The position numbers were made by a program, and so were the translations under genes. Below are positions 41,131 to 53,388 of a stretch of DNA of 64,000 nt, one piece after another. The notes under the pieces are model-generated. The model did no database searches, had not been told where the DNA came from, and saw only the letters and a program-made list of their open reading frames with translations. Numbering within the stretch: the first letter of the stretch is position 1; each line of letters starts with the position of its first letter. The stretch is taken from assembly GCA_016748015.1 (NCBI GenBank), contig JAAOMT010000602.1, forward strand, positions 571,696 through 635,695. The letters are read 5' to 3'. This DNA is from Geosiphon pyriformis uo1 (Eukaryota > Fungi > Glomeromycota).

Positions 41131-41692
41131 TATAAATTTGGTGTTGGACTAAATTGGTTCTTCCTAAGTCATTGTTGTTTTCAGTGAAGATATCAGCAAA
41201 TTCTGCAATTAGCTCTTTGAGCTGGGTCTGTTGTTGTGGTTCAAGTTGTCCCATGTTGATTCAAGATAGTTTTTCTATGATAACATGGTAGTTTTTGGAG
41301 CTGGAGTTTGGGTTGATTTTTGGTAGTGAATGTCCAATAATTTCAGAGAAATTGGGGACTGTTTGGAGTAATTCTTGTTGAAATATATTACTGTGAATAA
41401 CTCCAATTTCTAAATTATTTAATAAAATTATGAGATAATTATTGGGGTTGTAAAAAGTAACTCGGACTTTCTTTGTTCTTTCTGGAATATAAATGTTTGG
41501 GATCAAAATATTATGTTCCAAGCAGACTTGTTCATTGAACTCAAAAATTTGTTGTATGGTTGTTGGCTTTGGGCAGGTGTAGATTTCCAGATGTTCTCCA
41601 AAGGGTGAGATGGTAATTGGTTGTGAAAGTCTGAGAATCTGGTGGGATTTGTTCTGTGTGTTAAGAGCTATATTAACTAAAACTGTGAATCG

Positions 41693-42130
41693 TCCAGTTG
41701 AACCAAAACCTTGGGTTTCTTTATCACTTTTTCCTAATTGTTCTCTTTGATTAACTAGTTGCAAACCCGAAATGTTAATTAAGAGTAGGTAAATAGCTTG
41801 GGCAATTTTTTCAGCATGTTCAATCTTAAATAGTTTGTCAGTTTCATTTTGAAGCATTACTGTAATGTCTCGAGCATATCCAACATCAATTATTCCTCCT
41901 TTGACATTGATTCCCTTGCTTGCCAGAGAGGACTGGGAGGTGATTTGAACTATTGCTCTTGGTGGAATTTTGAGTGCAATTTTGAGATTGATTTTTGTAA
42001 GAGATTTGGGTTTGAGAACAAGAGTATCTTTGCCTGGATATTTTAGGTCATATTCAGCATCAATTTCGTGTGCTTTTTCAGGTTTTATTCCATGTTTATT
42101 GTTGTTGAAGTATTTAAGTTGTAAGGCAGG
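41693..42130 (-). pseudogene. dUTPase domain of I
   Basis: AHEIDAEYDL, SQSSLASKGI, GGIIDVGYARDI, KIAQAI, ETQGFGSTG. Confidence 0.92.
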
Positions 42131-45100
42131 CTGATTTTTAATAAGGTAGATAGGTATTGTTTCAATTTCTTCCATTGCTTCAGGTTCTCCAAATTCAATT
42201 TCATTCTCATCATTTTCACTGGGCAAGGGGATACTAAGAGCGTAGTATTCAGAACACTACTGTTCATTGCAAGGCATAATGCATTCTTCACATAGCCTAA
42301 TGTTCATTTGCTCTAATTATTGAATTTGAGCTTTTTGAGTTGGGTAGGTGTGACTTGCAATTTGGTGGTAGACTTCTACTTCATCTTCGTAATTGAATCC
42401 AGCTAATTCTATAATGTATTCAATGTATTCTGCTTCCTTCATTTGACGAACATCTTCTTTGGTAGCTCCATTAATTAATGCCATTGCTAAATCAAAAATC
42501 ATCTCAGCATCATGGAGGTAGTGATAAAGTTTGTTGAAAACACTGTTGTATACCACATTAAAGGGTGTTCCTCTTTTTACTTTCTCTGAAATTGATAAAG
42601 CATATTGGCAGGTCTGATCGCAGACTCCTCCTCTTATGGTTACATCAATCCAATTGCATTCTTCCAGTAGCATATCTCCACAAGTCAAACAAGAGGTGTT
42701 GTCCCATTTTCCACTTCTTTTTATTAGATGGCCCCATCATTCTCTGTGGCAAGCCTTGCAGTAATAACAAGTATGATTTTAATATTTTTCTTCAGGTGAA
42801 ATGCAGGCTCCCATTGACGATAGTTTTTTGTGGCAGTCCTTACATTTAAGAGGAATATAAGAGCATTGTTTCTTTGGTTCAGGTTTTGAGTAAGGGATAT
42901 TCCATTCAGAGGTTTCGAGTTCAGAGTGTGGGGTAAAATGTTCTTGTTCTGTTTTATCAGCCCAGTTGGACATTAATCCAAGAGCCATGAATGTTTCAAT
43001 AAGGGGTTTTTTTTCTTCCGGTTCAAATTCAAAAGCTAGGGCTTTTTCAGAGTGTTTGTTAAATATACCACAAGTGGCAGGTACCCGGGTGTATTATTCT
43101 TGGTAGGAGATTGTTAACTCTTGTGTTTCTCAATTCAGATTAGCATTGGCTTTTTGAAGCCAATTATTTCTGATGAGAGCTTGGTACTGGGGTGCGTCCA
43201 TTGCAAGAACTTTGACTGGAATAATAATTCCATCAAGAGTGAATGGAAAATTGTCAATTTCTCCTACTGGGGTCTTTTTCATGCCATTAGCAGTGACGAT
43301 TACTGTTTGAGCTGGTCAGTCAACATTTCTCTTCAACTGTTGGATTAACTGGTAGGTGATAATGCTTCCAGTGGATCTACTGTCTAGGATCAAGCAAATT
43401 GTCTTTCTTTCGACTTTTGCTTCAGTGTACATAGCCATGATTGCTTTTTGTTCATTGGCAGCTGTATTGCTAAGCAGGAATAGTGACTTATTTGCTTCGA
43501 ATTCAAAAAGGAATATATCTGAAGTTAGCATTTTCAGCGATTCTGGCTGGTGGGATTGTGGTGAGAGTATAGGAAGAGTTTTGTTGTTGTGCTGCAGCTC
43601 TACCTTCTAAGGATGCAGTATGATAAAAATTCTGTTCTTCTGGTATTGTTAAATAACTGGGTTGAGTGTGGTAGTGGTTGGGTCTTGGTTGAGTGGAATT
43701 TCAGGAAACCAATTGGTTGTTTGAACTGATTCTATTGTTGTTTACTTGGTATCGGTTTTGTGATGTGAATTGATTTTGTGTAATCAGTCTTCAAGCAGGT
43801 ATTTGATAATATTGTGTGGGTGGTTGTTGGTATTGCTGTTGGATTGGCTGTGGAGCAGGCTGATAATAGTTATTTTGGTATTGGAGTCTTGGTGGATAGT
43901 AAGCTGGTGGTCGTGGTTGATAATAAGATTGCTGTAGTAGAGGGTAACGTTGATTACTCCTATTTTGTTGGTTTTGTTGTAGCTTTCTGCAATCTTTTTT
44001 CCAGTGGCCAGAGATTCCATAGTAATGGCAATTCTGAGGCTGGTTATTGAAAAGTGGTGCAAAGTTATTTTGATTTTGTCTTTGGGGTAATTGATATCTT
44101 TGGGGTTGCTGTTGTTGTTGATTGGTAAAATAGTTTTCAACCTTCTTTGTGAGTTGGTCAATTTTTTTCTCGGCTGTTGAACTGGTTTCTCTAATTGCCA
44201 AATTTACAAGTTTTGTGCAATTGGTCTCTTCCATGGCTATTTCATATCTTTTCGCATGCTGTATGGCAGAGTTTAAATCTTCTGGCGCATGTGGGCAAAC
44301 CTTTTTAATTAGTTTATCTTTTAGACCAGCAATAAATTGATCCAAGATTTGAGCATCGGAATAATAATCGTTTGTTTTGAGTTGGCGAATTTGTCTAAGA
44401 AGTTTGTTGAATTTCCCAATATAAGTTATAACAGATTCGGAGGGTTCTTGTTTGATATTTCGAAAACAATTGTGAAGGGTGATGGAAGTATTATTGTCAG
44501 TAAACTGTTCAAGGAAGGCTGCTTTGAAAGTGTTCCAATCATTGAATGGGGCAGCCAAGTTTTCAAACCATTCTTCTGCTGTTCCTTTGAGAAAGTAGGA
44601 ATTTGTTCTTAACATTCTGGTAGCATTCCATTCATTTGCATCTTCAGCTTTAGTAACTTGGTTGAGTCATTCTTGGGGACTGGTCTCAATGTCTTCTCCA
44701 TTAAATTCAGGGATTTTTGCGATGTATGTTGTCATTTTATCTTCTTTGTTCTCACTCTTTATTGATTTTTCTTAAGATATTTCAGGTTTGTTTTTTTCAT
44801 TTGCTGCTGTCTTAGTGTTCACTTTGATTTTCAGCTAAAAAGTCAAGGAGATTGGAATTAGTTTGAAGGGGTTCTTGTTGTCTAATGGGACTTCTGAGTG
44901 ATGTAAAATTTTTTGGTCTTGTAAATCAATTCAAGGGTGAATTAGGTGTTTGTGCTTGTGCAAGTGAAGCTGGAAAAGGTGTGATAGTAAGTGAAAGTTT
45001 TGAACTGGTTCCTTGTTCAGGTGTTTGTAAATGGTTGGCAGTTGTTTTTGGTAGTGTTGGAGTATTTGGAGTGGTTTTTGAGTATTGCTTCAATTGGTTT

Positions 45101-45510
45101 TTGCCTTTGTTGCTTGTTTCTGTTTCCGATTCAAAATCAATAATGTATTGAGATTGCACTGGATATGTTTCTTCACAGTATTTGATAATGTTAAAATTAA
45201 GTTTGTGAAAGTAAGTGGCAAGTGTTTCACTGTTAAGATCTTCAGTTCCCAACTGTGAATAGTGTGCTAAATTATTGTAAAGGTTGTTTCTAACTTCTGA
45301 GATATTGTAATTTCCAAAAAAATAATTGTTGATGCAGTTTTCAATGTATTGGTATACTAATTTCTTGACAACTTCAATTCCGTCTGGAATGTTCAATCTT
45401 TGCTTGCAGTGGGTGTAAATTGACTGGTAATACTCTAGAGTTGTTGCGTCTGGTATGGTCACCACTTTGAAGTTGTTTTTGCTGTGTTGTTTCCATGGGA
45501 GAGCACCAAA
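42131..45510 (-). pseudogene. N-extension, Gag, protease and Cys-rich region of I
   Basis: ORFs 44926-45465, 43791-44615, 43316-43531, 42779-42988 and 42317-42688; first ATG at 44735. Confidence 0.9.
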
Positions 45511-46490
45511 TATTACTGGAGGTTTTTGGTTTCTTTTCTTAAATGTTGTTGATGCTTGTTTGCTGTGAATTCACGTTTTCTGGATGTGGTTGAACCTCCA
45601 GTAACTGAATTTATCTTCAAATTATCTCTTATAATTTGAACTGCTGGGCTTATAAATGGAATGGCCAATTCCGTGCCAGTTGCTTTATGTAGTTACGTTG
45701 TAGTAAACGTCAACTCTTTCCCAGGAAATGCTCATCTGGAAGCTCACTAAAAATGTGTAGTTACTTTGCTGTGAAAGTCAACTCTTCTACAGGAATCTTG
45801 TCTGTAGACTACCCTAATGATTATAGTAAGAAAATAAAAAGAAAATAAAAAAATGTAAAAAAAATAGAATTCTGTTAAGGAAAATGTTTTCTATCCAGGC
45901 CTGAAGTCACTAACAGTTTATTGAAATTGGTAGCTAATCAATTTCGAAATGTTAGTTGGGTTTTGGGAATTTTCCAAGTGCAATAATTAAAAAACTTGGT
46001 TTTTTAAATTATTTTATTTATTCCTTTTTGTGTGTATAGAAATGGTTCTAAGTGATAAATCTAAAGTAAAATACATTTTTTCAAAGAGAAAAGCTCTTCT
46101 TTTATACAACTTGTCATAACACTATTCTATGAACTTGAACTTTGCTATTTTCTACAATTTCACTGAACTAAAGATACATTTTGACAAACTACAAGTTATT
46201 TCTACGAACTATTAGATATTTCAGTGAACTATCAATTATTTCAGCAAATTTCTACAAATTTCGGCAAACTTTTGAATGTTACATAGTTTGGGGTATTGCA
46301 TGATTGATCATCACAATTAGGTTACATTTGTGTTATGTACAATTTGGGTTATTAATTAAATAATAATTTCAGACATTTTTGCTAATGTAATAAGTGATAA
46401 TTTGAAATGATAATATATGCTAATTAATGATAGGAATTATAAGATAATTTTATGCTTAATAATATCTCTAATTTCGTCTGATAACATCAT

Positions 46491-47210
46491 TTTCTTTGTT
46501 CACTGCTGTCTCAGAGTATTCACTTTGATTTTCAGCTAGAAAGTCAAGGAGATTGGAACTAGTTTGAAGAGGTTCTTGTTGTCTGGTGAGACTTTTGGGT
46601 GATGTAAAATTTTCTAGTCTTGCAAATTGATTTAAGGGTGAATTAAGTGTTTGTGCTTGTGCAAGTGAAGCTGGAAAAAGTGTAATAGTAAGTGGAAGTT
46701 TTGAACTGGTTTTTTGTTCAGGTGTTTGTAAGTGTTTGACAGTTGTTTTTGGTAGTATTGGGGTATTTGAGGTGGTTTTTGAGTATTGCTTCAATTTTTG
46801 TTTGCCTTTGTTGCTTGTTTTTGTCTCTGATTCAAAATCAATAGAGTATTGAGACTGCACTGGATATGTTTTTTCACAGTACTTGATAATGTTAAAATTT
46901 AGTTTTTGAAAGTAAGTTGCAAGTGTTTCACTTTTAAGGTCTTTAGTTTCTAACTGTGAATAGTGTACTAAATTATTGTAAAGATTGCTTCTAACTTCTG
47001 AGATATTGTAATTTCCAAAAAAATAATTGTTGATGCGGTTTTCAATGTATTAGTATACTGATTTCTTGACAACTTCAATTCCGTCTGGAATGTTGAATCT
47101 TTGCTTGCAGTGGATGTAAATTGATTGGTAATACTTTAGAGTTGTTGTGTCTGGTGTGGTTGCCACTTTGAAGTTGTTTTGCTGTGTTGTTTCTATGGGA
47201 GAGCACCAAA
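46491..47210 (-). pseudogene. N-terminal gag extension of H
   Basis: Nearly identical to 30125-30845 (G) and 44790-45510 (I). Confidence 0.85.
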
Positions 47211-48197
47211 TGTTACCAAAGGTTTTTGGTCTGTTTTCTTAAATGTTGTCAATGCTTGTTTGCTGTGAATTCACGTTTTCTGGATGTGGTTGAACCTCCA
47301 GTAACTGAATTTATCTTCAAATTATCTCCTATAATTTGAACTGCTGGGCTTATAAGTGGAATGGCCAATTCCGTGCCAGTTACTTTGTATAGTTACATTG
47401 TAGTAAACGTCAACTCTTTCCCAGGAAATGCTCATCTGGAAGCTCACTAAAAATGTGTAGTTACTTTGCTGTGAAAGTCAACTCTTCTACAGGAATTCTT
47501 GTTTGTAGGATACCCAAATGATTTATAATAAGAAAAGAAAGAGAATAAAGAAAATGTAAAAGAAAAAGTAAAACTGATGATTTATAGAAGTTGTTTTGAA
47601 TCCAGACCTGGAAGTGCTTTAACAGTCTACTGAAATTGGTAGCTAATCAATTTCAAACTGTTAGTAGGAATTGGTTAATTTCAAGGGAAATAATTTAAGA
47701 ATTTGGCTTTTCAAATTTATTTGATATTTTATTTTGTTTTTGTGTGTAAAGAATAATTCTAATTATTAAATCTGAAGTAAGATACATTTTCTCAAAGAGA
47801 GAAGCTCTTCTTTTATACAACTTGTCATAACACTATTCTATGAACTTGAACTTTGCTTTTTTCTACAATTTCACTGAACTAAAGATATATTTCGGTAAAC
47901 TACAAGTTATTTTTGCAAACTATTAGATATTTTAGTGAACTATCAATTATTTTGGCAAATTTCTACAAATTTTGGTGAACTTTTGAATATTACATATTTT
48001 GGGGTATTGCATGATTGATCATCGCACTTAGGTTATATTTGTGTTATGTACCAATTAGGTTATTAGTTAAATGATAATTTTGGACATTTTGCTAATGTAA
48101 TAAGTGATGATTTGAAACAATAATATATGTTAATTAATAATAAGATTTATAAGAGTAATTTCATGCTAAACAATATCTCTAATTTCGTCTGGTAACA

Positions 48198-51100
48198 CTG
48201 TTTAGCAATGTAGCTGCCAACGAACAAAAAGTAATCACTGCTATGTACACTAAAGCAGAAGTCGAAGGAAAGGCAATTTGTTTGATCCTAGACAGTGAAT
48301 TTGCCGGAAGCAATATCACCTACCAGTTAATACAACAGTTAAAGAGAAATGTCGACTGACCAGCTCAAACAGTAATTGTCACTGCCAATGGTATGAAAAA
48401 GACTCCAGTAAGAGAAATTGACAATTTTCCATTCACTTTTGATGGAATCACCATTCCAGTCAAAGTTCTTGTAATGGATGCACCCCAGTATCAAGCCCTT
48501 GTCGGAAATGATTGGCTCCAAAAAGCCAATGCAAAATTAGACTGAGAAACCCAAGAATTACAACTCTCCTATCAAGGACAACATGCCTGAGTACCCACTA
48601 CTTGTGGTACATTCAACAAATGATCAGAAAAAGCCCCTGTTTTCGAATTTGAAGAAGAAAAAAAAAAGATTGTAGTCAAAACATTTATGGCAATTGAATC
48701 AACATCTAACTGGGCTGAAGAAACTGAGCAAATGTATTTTGCAACAAACTTATATCCAGAGGAACCAGAAACTCCTGGATAGAACATCCCATATTCTAAA
48801 CCAGAACCAAAGAAATGACACCCTTACATTCCGCTTAAATACAAAGACTGTCACAAGAAACTCTCCTCAATAGGAGCCTGTATTTCACCTGAAAAAGAAT
48901 ATGAAAATCATACTTGTTATTACTGCAAGGCTTGCCACAGAGAATGATAGGGCCATCTAATAAAAAGAAGCAGAAAATGGGACAACACCCCTTGTTTGAC
49001 TTGTGGAGATATGCTATCAAAAGAATACAATTGGATTGATATAGCAATGAGAGGAGGAGTCTGTGATCAAACCTGCCAATATGCTTTATCAATTTCAAAA
49101 AAAGTCAAAAGAGGAACATCTTTTAATACAACATACAACAATGCTTTCAACAAACTTTATCACTACCTCCATAATGCTAAGATGATTTTTGACCTAGCAA
49201 TGGCATTAGTTAATAGAGTTATCCAAGAAGATGTTCGTCAAATGAAAAAAGCAGAATACATTAAATACACTATATAATTAGCTGGATTCAATTATGAAAA
49301 TGAAGTAGAAGTGTACCATCAAATCACAAGTCACACCTATCTGACTAAAGAAGCTCAAGCTCAATGGCTAGAACAAATGAACATTAAATTATGTAAGGAA
49401 TGCATAATGCCTTGTGATAAACAATGGTGTTTTGAATGCTATGCTCTTAGCATTCCCTTGTCCAATGAAAGTGATGAATACGAAATTGAATTTGGAGAAC
49501 TTGAAGCAACAGAAGAAATTGAAACAACACCCATCTATCTCATCAAAAATCAGCCTGTCTTACAACTCAAATACTTCAACAACAATGGACAAAAAATAAA
49601 ACCCAAAAAAGCACATGAAATTGATGCTGGATATGACCTAAGATATCCAGACAAGGATACTCTCATTCTTAAACCCAAATCTCTCACAAAAATCAACCTC
49701 AAAATTGCTTTCGAAATCCCACCAGGAGCAATAGTTCAAATTGCCTCTTGGTCCTCTCTGGCAAGCAAAGGAATCAATGTCAGAGGAGGAATAATCGACA
49801 CTGGATATACTAGTGACATAACAGTAATACTCCATAACAAAATTGACAAGCTGTTTAAGATTAGACATGCCAAGAAAATTGCCCAAGCCATTTATTTACC
49901 CTTAATTAACATTTTGGGTTTACAATTAGTCAATCAAAGAGAACTATTGGGAAAAAGTGAAAGAGGAACCCAAGATTTTGGTTTAATTGAATGATTCACA
50001 GTTCCAGTAAACATAGCCCTCAACAAACAGAAAGAATCTCACCAGATTTTATGACTTCCACAACCAATTACCATTTTACTCTTTGGAGAACACCCTGAAA
50101 TTTACACTTGTGAAAAGCCAACAACCACACAACAAATTTTTGAGTCCAACGAACAAATCTACTTGGAACATAATATCTCGATCCCAAACATTTATATTCC
50201 AGAAGGAACAAAGAAAATTCGAGTTACTTTTTACAATCCCAACAATTTTCCCATAGTTTTATTAAATAACTTAGAAATTGGAGTTATTCACAGTAATATT
50301 TTTCAACAAGAACTATCCCAAATAGTTCCCAATTTCTCAAAAATCATTAGACATTCACTACCAAAAATCAACCCAAACCCCAGCTCTAAAAACTATCATG
50401 TTGTCATAGAAAAACTATCTCGAATCAACATAGGACAACTTGAACCACAACAACAGAGCCAGCTCAAAAAGCTAATTGCAGAATTTGCTGATATTTTTGC
50501 CGAAAACAACAATGACTTAGGAAGAATTGATTTGGTTCAACACCAAATCTATACAAGAAATGCCAAACCAAGGTGACAGCAAGCCTACCGAGTTGCTCCA
50601 GAAAGTTACCAATTTATCCATAAAGAAGTACAATGGATGCTCAACAATAGGCTTATTTAACCATCAATAAGTCTATAGGCTTCACCTGTGGTCTTAGTTA
50701 AAAAGAAAAATGGAAAGATACAATTTTGTATTGATTATTGACAACTCAACAGTGTCACTATTGGAGATGCCTACCCTCTTCTCCAAATTAATAACATGCT
50801 AGATGCTCTTGGAAAGTCCAAATACTTTTTGACATTAGATTTAGAGAGTGAATACTGGCAAGTTGCCATGAATCCCAAAGATCACTCCAAAACAGCATTT
50901 ACCACTCAAGGAGGAAATTACGAGTTCAATATAATGCCTTTTGGATTATGCAATATACCAGCAACATTCTAAAGACTCATGAATGTTGTTTACAAAGGCC
51001 TCTTTTGGAAATCAGTAGTTGTTTATCTTGATGATACTAATGTCTATTTACCATTTTTTGAATTACACTTAAAACATCTGTGCAAAGTTTTTTAATGATT

Positions 51101-51833
51101 ATGAAAAGCAGGATTGAAACTGAACATCAAAAAATGCTACTTCAGAAAAACGAGTTTGGCCTTTCTTGGTCACATTGTTAGCCAAGATGGAATTAAACCA
51201 GATCCTGAAAAAATCAGCACTGTCAAAAACTACAAGACTTCATGAAATACCACAGAATTAAAAGAATTTATTGGATTAGTATCCTATTACTGAAAATTTA
51301 TTAAAAGATTCTCAGAAATTACAAAACTCCTCAACTAGCTCACTACTAAAAACATCGAATACAAATGGATAGAAGAACACCAAAAAGCTTTTGAAATTCT
51401 CAAGAAAAAGCTAACAACAGCTCCAATTCTCGTCTATTCAGACTTCAGTAACTGATTTCAACTAGCTACAGACACTTTTTACACTGCCTTTGGTGCCATC
51501 TTATCACAATTAGATGACAACAGAAATGAGTAAGTAATTGCTTATGTTAGCAGAACATTAAAACCAGCCAAGAAAAACTACCCTGCCACAGAACTAGAAA
51601 CAGCAGCCGTAATTTGGGCCTTACACCACTTCAACCTTTATCTCAGGCCTAAAGAATTTGATATTATCACTGATAATATTGGACTCAAATGGCTTCAAAA
51701 TAAAAACACTCAGCTGAATGCCAAACAAACCTGATGGACAGGATTTTTAGCCAACTACCAATATATTGTATACCACAAACCAAAAAAACTCCATATCAAC
51801 ATTGATTGTCTCTCAAGAATGAGACAAGATTAG
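48198..51833 (+). pseudogene. pol of G: protease, Cys-rich domain, dUTPase (~49540-49990), linker, RT, RNase H; stop at 51831
   Basis: LILDSEFAGS; AHEIDAGYDL..GGIIDTGYTSDI..SERGTQDFG; VVYLDDTNVY; LATDT; LSRMRQD*. Confidence 0.92.
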
Positions 51834-51879
51834 AATACAAAACCAACACCCATTTGAATTAACAACAAAACAACAAACA

Positions 51880-53266
51880 ATGAATCCCGAAAACTACAAC
51901 AATCTTAAACAATATTTGGAGACATTAACAATTCCAACAGATTGGTCTTCAGATAAAAAAACATTAGTTACAACAACAAGCCAAACAATACTTCTTACAC
52001 AACAACATGATTTATTATCGAAACTTCAGAAACTCAGACAATCCACTCAGATTAATACAAGAACATGAAAAAGAAACTATTTTATATAATATGCACTCAG
52101 ATCCTTCATTAACACACCTAGGAAAAAACAGCACCACTCAGAGAACACTAGAATATTACTTTTGGCCTTAAATAAGAAAAAACATTTATGAATACATTAA
52201 GTCTTGTGATAGTTGTCAAAGAAGAGGAGGAACTTGTCCTACAGAACCTTTAAATTCAATCAAAGTTGGACAGTCTTTTAACTGAATTGGTATTGATTTA
52301 GTCGGACCACTACCTATCACAAACCAAGGAAACTGTTATATTGTAATAGCTGTAGACTATCTCACCAAATGGCTTAAAACCAGAGTCATTTAACAAGCAA
52401 ATGCGAAATCAGTAACAAACTTCATCTATGAAGACATCATTTGTAGACATGAATGCCCAATAAAACTTTTATCTGATCAAGAAACACATTTCATAAACAA
52501 TTTAATCCAGGAAATTTGTGGACGATTTAATGTCAAGAGACCATTATCTTCACCCTACTATCCACAAACAAATGGACTTGTAGAATGGTTCAACAGAACA
52601 TTGTGTGAATCATTAGCCAAAGTTTCAACCGATTTTGAGCAAGAATAAGATTTCTTTATTCCATTAGTGTTACTAGCATATAGAACACTAAAACAAGATA
52701 CCACGAAACACACACCATTTGATTTAACTTATGGAAGGATGGCAACATTACCAATTAGTTTCACAGTGGAAACATACTCAGCACAACCAATCAATGAAAA
52801 CAATTTCCAAGAAATGCTTCAGTGAAGAGCCTACACTCTGCTTAGCACATTGAAAGAAAAACGACGAATAGCAGCCACCCATATTGAACACTCCCAAGCT
52901 CAACAAAAAGAATGGCATGATGACAAATTGCCTTCAGTTACCAATGAATTTAAAATTGGAAACAAAGTTCTCTTATACAGAACTAAAGCTGAAAAACAAT
53001 AAAGTGGAAAATTTGAAAATAAATGGGATGGACCATTCTTTATCCATAAAGTCCTAGGCAACGGATCATACAAGCTAAAACTTGATGACAAAATCTTAGC
53101 AAAAGTTGCACATGGAGATCATTTGAAACACTATAATTCCAGACACAATCCTGAACCATTAATTCCACAAATTGGTACACATTTCCTTTTAATCAATCCC
53201 AAAAATATTCTCTAAAATTTAGAACCAATAGTTGTTATTGAACAACCTCCCAACTTGAACACTTAA
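51880..53266 (+). pseudogene. Integrase of G (separate ORF)
   Basis: ATG at 51880, MNPENYNNLKQYLE; CDSC; IGIDLVGPL; KWDGPFFIH; stop at 53264. Confidence 0.92.
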
Positions 53267-53388
53267 CTTAAATTTATTATTATAGTTATCTCCTTATAAT
53301 TCAAAAACAATCTCACAAAAACAAAGCAAAAATAACATAAAAACCCATACATCAAAAATAATTTTCTTTTATTTTCAAATCTCTTATA

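Larger units (their letters stand above)
36628..46486 (-). mobile_element. Element I: complete ~9.86-kb family-A element, innermost layer (3' LTR 36628-37603, 5' LTR 45511-46486)
   Basis: TSD TCGT/TCAT (36624-36627 and 46487-46490); PBS 45490-45510; PPT gaggaggaggtta at 37604-37616. Confidence 0.95.
32165..48197 (-). mobile_element. Element H: family A, internally deleted (no RT, RNase H, integrase or most of ORF3); LTRs 32165-33151 and 47211-48197; contains I
   Basis: TSD CTGC/CTGT (32161-32164 and 48198-48201); PBS 47190-47210; PPT 33152-33165; G's frame SPFL|LSNxAANEQK rejoins across it. Confidence 0.92.

Noticed and set aside
41261-42226. Longest ORF (321 aa) as a host dUTPase gene
   Set aside because: It is an in-frame segment of element I's polyprotein, bounded by decay-derived stops.
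52920-53266. Chromodomain at the integrase C-terminus
   Set aside because: After the GPF module there is only a short Pro-rich tail; no YLVKW-type chromodomain motif.
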